Both the position numbers and the translations under genes were made by a program. Under the pieces are notes generated by a model that made no database searches, was not told the DNA's origin, and worked only from the letters and a program-made list of their open reading frames with translations. Below, one piece after another: positions 24,555-35,174 of a stretch of 44,105 nt of DNA. Numbering within the stretch: position 1 is the first letter of the stretch; each line of letters opens with the position of its first letter. Source of the stretch: Betaproteobacteria bacterium (GTDB lineage: Bacteria > Pseudomonadota > Gammaproteobacteria > Burkholderiales > Thiobacillaceae); NCBI GenBank assembly GCA_020049245.1, contig JAIFLB010000065.1, positions 1 through 44,105 of the forward strand. The letters run 5' to 3'.

Positions 24555-25493
24555 ATGGCAGCACAAACCACTGAACCCCTGACCCATGGTTACCATCTGG
24601 GCGATTACGTCATTGATCGTCGCATTGGTGGGGGCGGTTTTTCGCTGGTTTATCTGGGTTTCGATATCGATGGTCAACCGGTTGCAATCAAAGAGTATTT
24701 GCCGGGGGGGGTGGTTAAGCGGGGTGATCGAGGAACTGTGCATCCGCTGTCGGTGGATAAGGAAGCTTCATTTCGCTACGGCATGAAGTGCTTTTTCGAA
24801 GAAGGCCGTTCCTTGGCCGGAATCCGGCATCCCAACGTGGTCAAGGTCGTCAATTTCTTTCGCGCCAACGACACCGTTTACATGGTGATGAAGTACGAGC
24901 AGGGTAAAACCCTGCAACGACATATCGTTGGGCACGAAGAACCCATGCGGGAAACCTTTCTGCGCCGGGTCTTCATCCAGTTGCTGAATGGATTGCGAGA
25001 AGTACATGCGCACAAGATCCTGCATCTGGATATCAAGCCGTCGAACATTTATATCCGTGCCGATGGCTCGCCGGTATTGATCGATTTCGGTGCCGCTCGC
25101 CATGCCCTGTCGCAGGATTTCATGTCTTCCCCGATGTACACGCCGGGGTTTGCCGCGCCAGAGCAATACAAGCAACGTGACCGGCTGGGACCATGGACCG
25201 ATATCTACAGTATTGGCGCCACCATGTTTGCCTGTATGACGAAAAGCCCGCCGCCACCTGCTGATGAGCGAATGGAAAAAGACAAACTGCCGTTGTTGGT
25301 CAAGTCGCATACCGGTCTGTATTCCAAAGGTTTGCTTGACCTGGTCGATTCAATGCTGCGTCTGAATTACACCGAACGACCGCAGAGTGTATTTTCGGTG
25401 CAGAAACAGCTGATCAGTATGGCGCAGGCTGCACGTTCGCAAAAGCCAACCTTGTTTGCGTTGATCAAAGAAAGGATCACTCGCGAATTATGA
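24555..25493 (+). CDS. Hanks-type serine/threonine protein kinase (kinase domain only)
   Basis: It has the VAIKEY (Lys) motif, the catalytic loop HLDIKPSNI, DFG (LIDFGAA) and APE (FAAPEQ). Confidence 0.85.
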   Translation: MAAQTTEPLTHGYHLGDYVIDRRIGGGGFSLVYLGFDIDGQPVAIKEYLPGGVVKRGDRGTVHPLSVDKEASFRYGMKCFFEEGRSLAGIRHPNVVKVVNFFRANDTVYMVMKYEQGKTLQRHIVGHEEPMRETFLRRVFIQLLNGLREVHAHKILHLDIKPSNIYIRADGSPVLIDFGAARHALSQDFMSSPMYTPGFAAPEQYKQRDRLGPWTDIYSIGATMFACMTKSPPPPADERMEKDKLPLLVKSHTGLYSKGLLDLVDSMLRLNYTERPQSVFSVQKQLISMAQAARSQKPTLFALIKERITREL

Positions 25494-26401
25494 AGTACGT
25501 CGTATATCAGGCCAGTCGACGCGGTGGCCGTCCTTACAACGAAGACCGGGTCGCCTATGCCTACACCTCGGAGTCGCTGTTGATGGTGCTGGCCGATGGC
25601 ATGGGCGGACACAGCCATGGCGAGGTTGCCTCGCAATTGACGGTACAGGTCATTTCCAGCTTGTTCCAGTCGCGCGCAAAGCCGTTATTACCGGACATGA
25701 GCAGCTTCCTGTTGGATGGCATTTATGCAGCGCACGATGCGATCAATGAATATGCCCTGCGCAAGCGCATGGCCGATCCGCCGCGCACCACCTGTGTGGT
25801 CTGTGTTGTGCAAAAGGGCATGGCCTGCTGGGCGCACGTGGGTGATTCACGCCTCTATCATTTTAGCCGTCGCGACACCTTGTTCCGCACGCATGACCAC
25901 TCGGCAGTACAGCAATTATTCGATGATGGCGTGATTTCGGAAGAGGAGATGGGAACCCATCCAGACCGCAACAAGCTTTACAACTCGATCGGCGGTTACA
26001 TGCTGCCTGATATCGAGATCGGGCAGCCGGTTAAATTGCATGAAGGCGATGTGCTGATGATGTGTACCGATGGCGTCTGGCCAGAGTTGACGCCAACCGA
26101 AATGCTCTCCACCCTGCGCGCTTACCCGCTTGAACGCGCAGTTAAACACATGATGGATCATGCCGAATTTCGTGCCGGGCAGTACGGTGACAACCTGTCT
26201 GTCGTTGCCATGCGGTTTGGCGAGGAGCGATTCGAGGCGGGTGAACTGATGCTAGGCGACGATCTCGGTCTCGACGGCTTCACCACCCAACTCAAGAATC
26301 TCGGCAGCAAAAGCCAGCCGATCCCGCTGACCACCGAGCAGGAACTCGATCGGGCGATGGCTGACATTCAGGCCGCCCTGGCCAAATATGGCGCTCCCTA
26401 A
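25490..26401 (+). CDS. PP2C-family serine/threonine phosphatase
   Basis: It has the motifs [15 protein letters not shown] and CTDGVW. Its ATGA start overlaps the kinase stop. Confidence 0.85.
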   Translation: MKYVVYQASRRGGRPYNEDRVAYAYTSESLLMVLADGMGGHSHGEVASQLTVQVISSLFQSRAKPLLPDMSSFLLDGIYAAHDAINEYALRKRMADPPRTTCVVCVVQKGMACWAHVGDSRLYHFSRRDTLFRTHDHSAVQQLFDDGVISEEEMGTHPDRNKLYNSIGGYMLPDIEIGQPVKLHEGDVLMMCTDGVWPELTPTEMLSTLRAYPLERAVKHMMDHAEFRAGQYGDNLSVVAMRFGEERFEAGELMLGDDLGLDGFTTQLKNLGSKSQPIPLTTEQELDRAMADIQAALAKYGAP

Positions 26402-26424
26402 ATTCCCCTCAAGCAAGGCATTTC

Positions 26425-27165
26425 ATGACCACTTTGCAACGCCCCTCAGGACGCGCGGCTGACCAACTGCGCAACATCCGCCTCACCCGTCACTACACCA
26501 AGCACGCGGAAGGCAGTGTGCTGGTGGAATGCGGCGACACCAAAGTGCTGTGCACCGCCAGCGTTTTGGAAAAAGTGCCGCCGCACGTGCGCGGCACCGG
26601 CGCTGGCTGGTTGACCGCCGAATACGGTATGTTGCCGCGCGCCACCCATACGCGCGGCGACCGCGAGGCGGCTCGCGGCAAGCAGTCCGGCCGCACGCAG
26701 GAAATCCAGCGCCTGATCGGGCGCAGCCTGCGCGCCGCCGTCGATCTGGAAAAACTGGGTGAGCGCACGATCCACGTTGATTGCGATGTGCTGCAGGCCG
26801 ATGGCGGTACCCGCACGGCGAGTATTACCGGCGCCTGGGTCGCGGTGCAGGATGCGATCAACTGGCTGGTGGCGCAGGGCAAATTGCCGGAAAACATCAT
26901 GCGCGACCATGTCGCGGCGATTTCGGTCGGCGTCTGGCAAGGAACCCCGGTGCTTGATCTCGACTACGCCGAGGATGTCGCCTGCGATACCGACATGAAC
27001 GTGGTGATGATTGGTTCGATTGGAAAACCCGGTGGCTTGATTGAAGTCCAGGGCACCGCCGAAGGAGCGGCATTTTCCCGCGCCGAACTGAATGTGTTGC
27101 TCGATCTGGCCGAGAAAGGCATCCAGGAATTGATGACGGCACAAAACGCCGCGTTGGAGGCGTGA
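26425..27165 (+). CDS. rph: ribonuclease PH
   Basis: [11 protein letters not shown] ... [14 protein letters not shown] ... [14 protein letters not shown] is classic RNase PH. Confidence 0.95.
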   Translation: MTTLQRPSGRAADQLRNIRLTRHYTKHAEGSVLVECGDTKVLCTASVLEKVPPHVRGTGAGWLTAEYGMLPRATHTRGDREAARGKQSGRTQEIQRLIGRSLRAAVDLEKLGERTIHVDCDVLQADGGTRTASITGAWVAVQDAINWLVAQGKLPENIMRDHVAAISVGVWQGTPVLDLDYAEDVACDTDMNVVMIGSIGKPGGLIEVQGTAEGAAFSRAELNVLLDLAEKGIQELMTAQNAALEA

Positions 27166-27166
27166 C

Positions 27167-27751
27167 ATGAAAAAAGTGGTGATTGCCTCGAACAATGCCG
27201 GCAAATTGCGCGAAATCGCTCGCATCCTGGAACCGCTCGACTTTGAAGCCCTGCCGCAAAGCGCGTTCGGCGTGCCGGAATGTCCGGAGCCGCATGTGAC
27301 TTTCGTTGAAAACTGCATCGCCAAGGCGCGCCATGCCGCCGCGCATACCGGTTTGCCGGCGCTGGCCGACGATTCCGGCATCTGCGTCGACGCGCTGAAC
27401 GGTGCGCCCGGCGTGTATTCGGCGCGCTATGCCGGTGATCCAAAGTCGGACGAACGCAACAATCAGAAACTGATCGAGGCGCTGCAAGGCGAATCGAACC
27501 GGCGTGCGCATTACTACTGCGTCATGGTCTATGTGCGTTACGCCGACGATCCGCAGCCGATCATTGCCGAAGGCGCCTGGCATGGCGAAATCATCGATAC
27601 ACCGCGCGGTGATGGTGGTTTCGGCTACGACCCGTATTTCCTGCTGCCCGAGTTCGGCCAGACTGGCGCTGAATTGAGCATGGAAGTGAAGAACGGTATC
27701 AGTCATCGTGGTCAGGCATTGCGCGCGCTGGCCGAGAAACTGCGCGCCTGA
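27167..27751 (+). CDS. rdgB: dITP/XTP pyrophosphatase (RdgB/HAM1 family)
   Basis: It shows VIASNNAGKLRE ... DDSGICVDALNGAPGVYSARYAG ... FGYDP. Confidence 0.9.
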   Translation: MKKVVIASNNAGKLREIARILEPLDFEALPQSAFGVPECPEPHVTFVENCIAKARHAAAHTGLPALADDSGICVDALNGAPGVYSARYAGDPKSDERNNQKLIEALQGESNRRAHYYCVMVYVRYADDPQPIIAEGAWHGEIIDTPRGDGGFGYDPYFLLPEFGQTGAELSMEVKNGISHRGQALRALAEKLRA

Positions 27752-27789
27752 GTCGGGTCTTGCATGGTTGAGATGCGGTTGATTCGAAC

Positions 27790-28500
27790 GTGATTCCCTG
27801 GCTGCGCGGTAACGATCCCGAAATCGATCCGTTTCCGCCTGTGCAGCGGGCCTCGCGGAAATACAACGGCCTGCTGGTGGCGGGCGGTGATCTGTCGGTG
27901 CCGCGTTTGTTGGCGGCTTACCGGCACGGCATCTTTCCCTGGTTCAATCCCGATGAGCCCATTTTGTGGTGGTCGCCGGACCCACGCATGGTGTTGTTTC
28001 CGAAGGAGTTCAAACTGTCGCGTTCACTCAGGAAACGGCTGGGCCGGGGTGATTTCCAGGTTCGGGCCGATACAGCGTTTACCCAGGTCATGCGGGAATG
28101 CGCTGCGCCGCGTGAAGGTGCGGCGGGCACCTGGATCAGCGAGGCGATGATCCAGGCTTATACCGCGTTGCACCAGGTTGGCTATGCGCATTCGATCGAA
28201 ACCTGGAGGCGCGGTGAAAGTGGTGAAGAGATTCTGGTCGGTGGCTTGTACGGCGTTGGCATTGGGCGGGTGTTTTTCGGCGAATCGATGTTCATGCGGC
28301 AGACGGATGCGTCCAAGGTTGCCTTTGCGCATCTGGCGGGCTGGTTGCGGCAGCATGATTACGGCGTCATTGATTGCCAGATGAGTACGCCACATCTGGC
28401 TTCATTGGGAGCACGCGAAATTCCACGTAGCGAATTTACTGAATTACTGGCGCGTTTCACGCTCGAACCCGGCATTTCCGACTGGACGCAATTGGCATGA
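27790..28500 (+). CDS. aat: leucyl/phenylalanyl-tRNA--protein transferase
   Basis: It has IPWL ... FPP ... GLLAAGGDLS ... [12 protein letters not shown] ... [10 protein letters not shown]. The start is GTG. Confidence 0.87.
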   Translation: MIPWLRGNDPEIDPFPPVQRASRKYNGLLVAGGDLSVPRLLAAYRHGIFPWFNPDEPILWWSPDPRMVLFPKEFKLSRSLRKRLGRGDFQVRADTAFTQVMRECAAPREGAAGTWISEAMIQAYTALHQVGYAHSIETWRRGESGEEILVGGLYGVGIGRVFFGESMFMRQTDASKVAFAHLAGWLRQHDYGVIDCQMSTPHLASLGAREIPRSEFTELLARFTLEPGISDWTQLA

Positions 28501-29219
28501 GCTTCGCCAAAGACCTGCCGATTTTCCGTTTGCAGTTCTATCTCACTGCGCCTTATCCGTGCAGCTATCTGCCTGATCATGTCGCGCGTTCGCAGGTCGC
28601 CGCGCCGGCCAGCCTGATCGATACCGGGGTTTACAGTGAGTTGGTGCGTCTCGGCTTTCGTCGCAGCGGCCAGCACGTCTATCGGCCGCGTTGCGACGTC
28701 TGCCGCGCCTGTGTTGCAAGCCGGTTGCCGGTGGCGGAATTCGAACCCAACCGGACGCAACGCCGCTGTCTTAAACGCAATTCAGACCTCCGTTTACGCC
28801 TGCTGCCGTTGGCGTTCGATGAGTCGCATTACCGGCTTTACCAGCGTTATCAATCTGCACGCCATGCCGGCGGCGGCATGGACGAGGACGACCGGGAACA
28901 ATTTCGCGGCTTTCTGCTGCAAAGCCGTGTCGATAGCGTGCTGGCCGAATTCAGTCTGGAAGGCGAGGTGGTGATGGTGGCGTTGATCGACAAGCTGATT
29001 GATGGCCTTTCCGCGGTCTATACCTTTTTTGATCCAGCATTGAAGCAGCGCAGTCTGGGCGCTTTCGGCATCCTGACCCAGATTAATCTGGCACGCGAAA
29101 TTGGCTTGCCTTATGTCTATCTCGGATACTGGATAGAGGCGTGCGGAAAAATGGCCTACAAACGCAGCTATCAACCGCTTGAAGGACTGATGGACGGGCG
29201 TTGGCAACGTTTGAGATGA
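28497..29219 (+). CDS. bpt: arginyl/aspartate-glutamate leucyltransferase, Bpt family
   Basis: It has the ATE_N/ATE_C features CSYLP ... GFRRSG ... YRPRC..C..C ... [10 protein letters not shown]. Its start overlaps the aat stop. Confidence 0.85.
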   Translation: MSFAKDLPIFRLQFYLTAPYPCSYLPDHVARSQVAAPASLIDTGVYSELVRLGFRRSGQHVYRPRCDVCRACVASRLPVAEFEPNRTQRRCLKRNSDLRLRLLPLAFDESHYRLYQRYQSARHAGGGMDEDDREQFRGFLLQSRVDSVLAEFSLEGEVVMVALIDKLIDGLSAVYTFFDPALKQRSLGAFGILTQINLAREIGLPYVYLGYWIEACGKMAYKRSYQPLEGLMDGRWQRLR

Positions 29220-29236
29220 CTTGAAGGAAGGACAAT

Positions 29237-29791
29237 ATGGCAAAGCTACCTGACGCCGTGGAGCAAGTGCTTCAGATGCATGCACCGTTTATCCATGCTG
29301 TGGTGAATGCGCTGACCGATCGTTCAAAACTGCCGATACTGATGCAGACCCTGGACGCCGCTGAGCAACAGGGCTGGGCAGAACTGGTGCGGGCCTTGCG
29401 CCAGATCGTGGATGGCAAACGTGATGACTCGATCAAGCTCGGCCTGGATGAGGAAGATCGCATCGTGGTGGACGCAGTGCTGCGTGGCTTGATGAATCCG
29501 GAGTCTTTGCCTCCGCGCGACAAGCAGCCGGATGCCAGCGCCGCCGCGCCCGGTCTGGCGGCGATGATTTCAGCCAGTGCGCGCGGCGATGCGCAAGCCC
29601 TGGCGGTATTGGCCAACATGGCGGAACAGATGGTGCGCGCAGGCGGCGACATGGCGCGTTTGGGCGGAATCATGCGGCGGCTGGTCAATGGTGAACGTGA
29701 TTTCGAGGTGTTGTCGAAAGGCATGGGCAATCTGGGCCGGACTTTGCTGCTCGATATCCTGAGTGAATTGGGAAAGAGTGCGATTCACTGA
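29237..29791 (+). CDS. hypothetical protein with an internal two-fold repeat
   Basis: The RBS GAAGGAAGGA lies upstream. Two related segments are visible, LVRALRQIVDGKRDDSIKLGLDEEDRIVVDAVLRGL and LGGIMRRLVNGERDFEVLSKGMGNLGRTLLLDILSEL. I recognise no family. Confidence 0.5.
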   Translation: MAKLPDAVEQVLQMHAPFIHAVVNALTDRSKLPILMQTLDAAEQQGWAELVRALRQIVDGKRDDSIKLGLDEEDRIVVDAVLRGLMNPESLPPRDKQPDASAAAPGLAAMISASARGDAQALAVLANMAEQMVRAGGDMARLGGIMRRLVNGERDFEVLSKGMGNLGRTLLLDILSELGKSAIH

Positions 29792-29903
29792 GTGCGCTTC
29801 TTTGCTCCTGTTTTATCCGCATCGGGTTGCTTCCCCAATCTGGCAAGCGGGAACTTACAATGCCGGCCAGCCGAGTCAGCAGAATTAATGAGGATGAATA
29901 CGG

Positions 29904-30815
29904 ATGTCTGAAGACCAGAATCTGGTGCCCGTTCGAAAAGCGGAAATCGAGATGGGCAAGCCTTTGCCTTTTTCTGTTTTTGATGCCGATCGAAACCTGT
30001 TGCTGAATCGTGGTGAGTTGGTGACAACGGATCATCAGATTGATGTGTTGATACAAAAGGGGTTGTATCGCGAACAACTGCGACCCGATTCGGCCGCCGG
30101 AGCGGCTTCCAGAGAGGCGGCCAAACCGGCCGAAGGCGGCAAACCGCAAGGTGAAATGCTGAGCTTCGATGCGGTCAAACTGATGCCGGGCGATGCACTG
30201 CAACTCCAGCCCTTGATGGAGGGGCAGACAGAGCGCTATTCAGTCAAGGTGATCGGTGTGATGAAGCCGAAGAGCCTGTTGGTGACCGCGCCGGTGGTCG
30301 ATGGCAAGCTGATTTTCGTGCGTGATGGTCAGACTTATCTGGTGCGCGCCTTCTCCGGCCTGAATGTTTGTGCATTCAAGGCAAAGATCCTCAAATCCCA
30401 ATTGCAGCCGTTTCCGTATATGCATCTGTCTTACCCGGACAGCGTTCAGGCGATGCGCATCCGAAAATCAATGCGGGCGCCAGCCAGCATCATCGTCGCG
30501 GTGCATGAAACCGAGGTTGGGCGTCAAAGCGGCGCGGGCAAGATCATCGACCTCAGCGTGGGGGGCGCCCGCATGTATTCGCCGATGCAGATTGGTATCA
30601 AGGACCAGACCCTCTGGCTGTCGTTCAAGGTGATGCTGGGCGACATGGAGGAATACGTCAAAACGCCGGCGGTGATTCGTACTGTCGGCGAAGAAGACGA
30701 TGAACAGGGTAAACGCATGCATGTCTTTGGCTTGCAGTTCGGCGAACTGGCCCAATCGCAGCGCCTGATCATCATGAATCTGGTCTATCAGCATCTACTC
30801 AAGGAAAGCGCCTGA
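29904..30815 (+). CDS. PilZ-domain (c-di-GMP-binding) protein, YcgR-like architecture
   Basis: The C-terminal domain has intact PilZ signatures RKSMR (RxxxR) and DLSVGG (DxSxxG). Confidence 0.7.
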   Translation: MSEDQNLVPVRKAEIEMGKPLPFSVFDADRNLLLNRGELVTTDHQIDVLIQKGLYREQLRPDSAAGAASREAAKPAEGGKPQGEMLSFDAVKLMPGDALQLQPLMEGQTERYSVKVIGVMKPKSLLVTAPVVDGKLIFVRDGQTYLVRAFSGLNVCAFKAKILKSQLQPFPYMHLSYPDSVQAMRIRKSMRAPASIIVAVHETEVGRQSGAGKIIDLSVGGARMYSPMQIGIKDQTLWLSFKVMLGDMEEYVKTPAVIRTVGEEDDEQGKRMHVFGLQFGELAQSQRLIIMNLVYQHLLKESA

Positions 30816-31609
30816 TGCGGCAATATCTCGATTTGCTCCAGCATGTTCTGGACCATGGTACGAAGAAATCCGACCGCACCGGAACCGGCACGATCTCGGT
30901 GTTCGGCTATCAGATGCGCTTTGATCTTGGTCAGGGTTTCCCGCTGTTGACGACCAAGAAAGTGCATCTGAAATCCATCATTCACGAACTGCTCTGGTTC
31001 CTCAAGGGTGATACCAACATTGCCTACTTGAAGGAAAACGGCGTTTCGATCTGGGACGAATGGGCCGATGCCAACGGCGATCTCGGTCCGATTTACGGCT
31101 ACCAATGGCGGAGCTGGCCAGCCGCCGATGGTCGTCATATCGATCAGATCAGCGAAGTCATCGCGGCGCTGAAACACAATCCGGATTCGCGCCGGATCAT
31201 CGTCTCGGCGTGGAATGTCGGCGAAATCCAGAACATGAAGCTGCCGCCCTGCCATGCGTTTTTCCAGTTCTATGTCGCCGACGGCAAGTTGTCTTGCCAG
31301 CTGTATCAACGCAGCGCCGATATCTTTCTCGGCGTGCCGTTCAATATCGCCAGCTATGCCTTGCTGACGCTGATGATGGCGCAGGCCACCGGACTGAAGC
31401 CCGGCGATTTTGTGCATACCCTGGGCGATGCGCACATCTATCTGAACCATATGGAGCAGGTGAAGCTTCAACTGAGCCGAGATACCCGTGCGTTGCCGAG
31501 CATGCGGTTGAATCCGGCGGTGACCGATCTCTTCGATTTCAAATATGAAGACTTCACGCTGGAAAATTATGATCCGCATCCTGGCATCAAGGCGCCGGTG
31601 GCGGTTTAA
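30815..31609 (+). CDS. thyA: thymidylate synthase
   Basis: [26 protein letters not shown] ... [11 protein letters not shown] is canonical ThyA. Confidence 0.95.
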   Translation: MRQYLDLLQHVLDHGTKKSDRTGTGTISVFGYQMRFDLGQGFPLLTTKKVHLKSIIHELLWFLKGDTNIAYLKENGVSIWDEWADANGDLGPIYGYQWRSWPAADGRHIDQISEVIAALKHNPDSRRIIVSAWNVGEIQNMKLPPCHAFFQFYVADGKLSCQLYQRSADIFLGVPFNIASYALLTLMMAQATGLKPGDFVHTLGDAHIYLNHMEQVKLQLSRDTRALPSMRLNPAVTDLFDFKYEDFTLENYDPHPGIKAPVAV

Positions 31610-31680
31610 CCTGAACTTCGCATCGCAATGCTGAAACACCGCTTACCCGCAAACGGGTGATCGGTTGGAGGAGAGGGCAA

Positions 31681-32193
31681 GTGCCTACCATCAACGTCAT
31701 CGTCGCCATGGCGCGCAACCGCGTCATCGGCATCAACAACACGCTGCCCTGGCGCTTGCCGGCTGATCTGCAGCACTTCAAGGCGTTGACCATGGGCCAT
31801 CACCTGATCATGGGACGCAAGACCTATGAATCGATTGGCAAGCCCTTGCCCGGACGCATCACCGTGATCGTGACCCGTAACTCGGACTACCACGTTGAAG
31901 GCTGCATCACCGCAGCTTCCATCGATGCTGCAATTGCGGCCTGTGGCGACGATTCAGAGATATTTTTTGTCGGTGGCGCGGAGTTGTATGCCCAGGTGTT
32001 GCCGCGTGCGCAGCGTCTGTACCTCACCGAAATCCAGGCGGATTTTGACGGCGACGCGCACTTTGCCGAGTTTGATCGCGTGCAATGGACTGAAACCGAG
32101 CGGCAAGCCCATGTCAGTCCAGACGGGCTGGGTTATCACTTCGTGACCTATCAGCGGCAAGATGCCCCTAAAACATCGGGTGAAAACGGATAG
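31681..32193 (+). CDS. folA: dihydrofolate reductase
   Basis: It has VIGINNTLPWRLPADLQHFKALT ... IMGRKTYESIG. I prefer the GTG at 31681 after GGAGGAGAGGG; the ORF could also start at 31657. Confidence 0.85.
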   Translation: MPTINVIVAMARNRVIGINNTLPWRLPADLQHFKALTMGHHLIMGRKTYESIGKPLPGRITVIVTRNSDYHVEGCITAASIDAAIAACGDDSEIFFVGGAELYAQVLPRAQRLYLTEIQADFDGDAHFAEFDRVQWTETERQAHVSPDGLGYHFVTYQRQDAPKTSGENG

Positions 32194-32324
32194 ATCCAAT
32201 CTATGGCAGAAGTGCAGGCCGGAAAGATGAGCGTCTCATTTCAGCGTCTCGTGATCGGCCGCGTGAATATTGGGAAGCCTTCCCGCTGGGCGATTCCGGT
32301 TCGGTGAGTCAGGTGTTGCTGGCT

Positions 32325-32915
32325 TCAGCGGCGTCTGAACCAGCCTGTCAAACTGAGTCGTTGCCGCTGCGCCGGGGCGACTTCGTGCCAGAAGCGATCC
32401 GATAAAAACGTGACCAGTGTGCCGCCGGTGGGGGCGATTTCGATCGGGTCGCAATGTTCATCCGGCCAGAAACGGAGTTGGCCGCCATCAGCTGCAGTCC
32501 AGTTTTCATTCAGGTAAATAATGACCGTCAAGGCGCGACGGTCATCGCTTTGAAAGCGGTCCAGATGTCGACGATAGCCAGTACCGGGCGGGTAGGCGGC
32601 GAAGTGGAGCTCAACGTCGAACAGGCCGAGATACAGGCTTTGATTGACCGCGCGGCGCAGGTCTTCGAGCTTTTCCTGTACCGCTTGTATTGCCGGGCCG
32701 GCAACGCTTTCGTCGATCCAGAGCACCTGATCGCCACGGATTTCCGAGCGGACTTCCGCCACACCCTTGCCTACGCCTGCCGCATGAAAAGCACCATTGG
32801 CATGCGCGGCGAGGCATTCATTTCTTAATGCGGCAGTTTCTGTTGCGCTCAGGAAGTCGGGCAGCACACACCAACCGGGATCGGCCAGCGCGGCGGCGAC
32901 CTTGTTTGTCGGCAT
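32325..32915 (-). CDS. 2OG-Fe(II) oxygenase (prolyl-hydroxylase-like)
   Basis: It has YRRHLDRF (HxD), IIYLN..W....GG.L and a distal His in FWHEV. Confidence 0.7.
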   Translation of the reverse strand: MPTNKVAAALADPGWCVLPDFLSATETAALRNECLAAHANGAFHAAGVGKGVAEVRSEIRGDQVLWIDESVAGPAIQAVQEKLEDLRRAVNQSLYLGLFDVELHFAAYPPGTGYRRHLDRFQSDDRRALTVIIYLNENWTAADGGQLRFWPDEHCDPIEIAPTGGTLVTFLSDRFWHEVAPAQRQRLSLTGWFRRR

Positions 32916-32922
32916 GCCGGTT

Positions 32923-34374
32923 TCAGTATTTCGTCCGCACGCGCCAGGTCAGTGTGGTTTTGCCTTCGGCGGGCACGGGCACATTCCAGATCGCGGTGTG
33001 CGCCGAATCTTTTGTGTGGGCATGGCTTTCATGAATCATTTGCCAATCACCCGGCATTGGCTCAACTACCTTGGCAACGATCGGTTCGCTTTTTGCGTTG
33101 CGGATTTCCATGGCATAAGCGGTCTCGATGACTCCGCCACGGGCATTGAAGCCGGCGGGGATCTTCTGAAAATCGGTTTGCTTTTTATCGGCGGTAATGT
33201 CGAACGCTTCGCCCAGTTTGAGCTTGATGGTTTCGCCCTTGGCGGTGTGGTCGATGCGGTCTTCGCCGATGAATTGCGCCCGTCCGGCGCTATCTTTCTT
33301 GTAGACGCGAACGATGCCCTTCGGCAAGGGAACGCCAAGGTTGTCGCCTGAGTTGCTGAATTCCATGAACACGCTCGGTTTCAACTTGCGGCCAAGGTCG
33401 CCAGACTGGCTGCTGTAGTACCAGTTGTCGCCCTGAAAGCGGAATTCCTTCTCGGTTTTTACCTTTTGCGCCGAGAGCAGGGCGACTTGCTTGGTTTGCT
33501 TGTCGAGTAGCGTAGTCAGGCGGTCGAGCGTGTAGAGATGATATTCAAACAAGTTTTCTTCCTGCATCTGGGGTGCTGCATCGGCCATCGCCATGGCCTT
33601 CATCATCACCGGCATGCGGCCGCGTTCCGGCTGGGCACGGTTGACTTCGCCGGCCACCAGTTGCAAGCGTGCATTCGGGTAAGCGGTGCCGCTGGTATTG
33701 GTCAGCGTGACCCAGCCATTCAGGTCGATGCTGTTTTCCTGCGCGGATAGCTCGGCTACGTAATCCGCCTTCCAGGTCAGGCCGCCAGTGAGGTAGCTCA
33801 ATTCCATGCCGGTTTCGACCTGGGTGTTGGTATTTAGAAAGCCGGTAGCGGGAACATCGGTGTTGAACAGCATGGAAAGTGTGGGTTGGTCTCGCAGCGA
33901 ACTGGGGATGCTGCCAAACCCGATGCGGCCCGGGATGCCGGTTTCAACCCGATCCTTGAACTGTAGAACGACGCCATCGTTTGCTGCTACCACCATGGCT
34001 TGTTCGACGAACTCAACGCCCGTGATTGGTTGGGTGCGGATGACACGGACCGATTCCCCGACTGATTTTTCCAGCAGTTTTTGCGGGGTCAGCAGGTCAA
34101 AGTCGAAGTTCTGTTCCAGCAAGGTCAGTTTGCGGCCGTCGGTCGAACGCAGGAGCGCGGTTTCAGACTGCAGCTGAGCTGAAACGCCGCGCCAGGCGAG
34201 CAGGTTTTCACCATTCTGGACGCGGATTTTGCGGGCATCCTTGATCAGGGCGAGGTCGCCGTTGTAGATGGTGACGGCGAGCGCGGTTTGATCCGCTGCA
34301 GTGCTGGTCCGTTCATCCAGTGCGAGAACAGGGCTGGCGGCAAGCATTGCGAGTACGAGCAGGGTGAGTTTCAT
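32923..34374 (-). CDS. secreted DUF4139-like protein
   Basis: It has a signal peptide, MKLTLLVLAMLAASPVLA. The N-terminal segment, TIYNGDLALIKDARKIRVQNGENLLAWRGVSAQLQSETALL, resembles the DUF4140/DUF4139 family as I remember it. Confidence 0.5.
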   Translation of the reverse strand: MKLTLLVLAMLAASPVLALDERTSTAADQTALAVTIYNGDLALIKDARKIRVQNGENLLAWRGVSAQLQSETALLRSTDGRKLTLLEQNFDFDLLTPQKLLEKSVGESVRVIRTQPITGVEFVEQAMVVAANDGVVLQFKDRVETGIPGRIGFGSIPSSLRDQPTLSMLFNTDVPATGFLNTNTQVETGMELSYLTGGLTWKADYVAELSAQENSIDLNGWVTLTNTSGTAYPNARLQLVAGEVNRAQPERGRMPVMMKAMAMADAAPQMQEENLFEYHLYTLDRLTTLLDKQTKQVALLSAQKVKTEKEFRFQGDNWYYSSQSGDLGRKLKPSVFMEFSNSGDNLGVPLPKGIVRVYKKDSAGRAQFIGEDRIDHTAKGETIKLKLGEAFDITADKKQTDFQKIPAGFNARGGVIETAYAMEIRNAKSEPIVAKVVEPMPGDWQMIHESHAHTKDSAHTAIWNVPVPAEGKTTLTWRVRTKY

Positions 34375-35105
34375 TCAGGTTCTCCAGGCGGACAGGCGTC
34401 CGTATCAATCAGTAAATCAACACCGGCATCCGGATGAAGGGCCGCTGCGGGAATCTTTGCGCCCTGTCGCCATGCATTCAGGGCCTCGCGCTTGTCGGCG
34501 CCACGGATAAGAAATAACACACAACGCGTATGGGATAAACGTCGGGCGGAAAGTGTTACGCGTTCAGGCGGCGGCTTGGGTGCGTCGAATACCGGCAGCG
34601 CATCGGGAAAGTCTGCTGCTGAGCCGATGTTGTTTCCAGGAAACAGGCTGGCGGTATGACCATCCTGGCCGAGGCCGAGCAACACCAGATCGAAGGCGCC
34701 CTGGCCTTGAAGTTGTTCCGCATAAAGCTTTGCAGCTATTTCCGGGCCAGACTCGGCGGGAATGATATGGATGTTGGCGGCGGGAATGTTGATCCGATCC
34801 AGCCAGGCCGCCGACGCCATCCGGCTGTTGCGTTGCGGATCATCCTGCGGCAGACAGCGTTCGTCACCAAACCAGATCTGCCAGCGCGACCAATCGTGAT
34901 GCTGTTCAGCCAGGGCGCGATAAAGTTTATCCGGCGTGCCACCGCCGGCCAGCACGAGATGGAAGATTCCCCTTGCGGCCAGCGCCGATGCCGCCGCCTG
35001 ATTGACCCAGGAAACTGCTGTCGCCAGCCAGTTCGAAGCATCGACGACATGCCAGCGTAGTCGCGATGAATGGGTCGAAATCGGGTCCGGCAGGCTGATG
35101 CGCAT
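34371..35105 (-). CDS. pgl: 6-phosphogluconolactonase
   Basis: It has LAGGGTPDKLY ... WQIWFGDERCLPQDDPQRNS ... VLLGLGQDGHTASLFP. Confidence 0.8.
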   Translation of the reverse strand: MRISLPDPISTHSSRLRWHVVDASNWLATAVSWVNQAAASALAARGIFHLVLAGGGTPDKLYRALAEQHHDWSRWQIWFGDERCLPQDDPQRNSRMASAAWLDRINIPAANIHIIPAESGPEIAAKLYAEQLQGQGAFDLVLLGLGQDGHTASLFPGNNIGSAADFPDALPVFDAPKPPPERVTLSARRLSHTRCVLFLIRGADKREALNAWRQGAKIPAAALHPDAGVDLLIDTDACPPGEPE

Positions 35106-35174
35106 CGGTTCAGTGGGGGAAAGCAGATAAAATCAGCCGAATTTTAGCTGCTTCTGACGCGAATCCCGCCCGCC

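Noticed and set aside
26446-27706. Two long minus-strand ORFs (311 aa and 269 aa) across rph and rdgB
   Set aside because: They lie opposite two unambiguous housekeeping genes in a GC-rich stretch. Their Arg/Ala/Gly-rich translations look like antisense shadows.
30788-31639. 283-aa ORF antisense to thyA. Similar antisense ORFs lie at 35133..35921 (opposite the exonuclease gene) and 42335..43201 (opposite coaE).
   Set aside because: The opposite strand encodes highly conserved proteins, so these are shadow ORFs.
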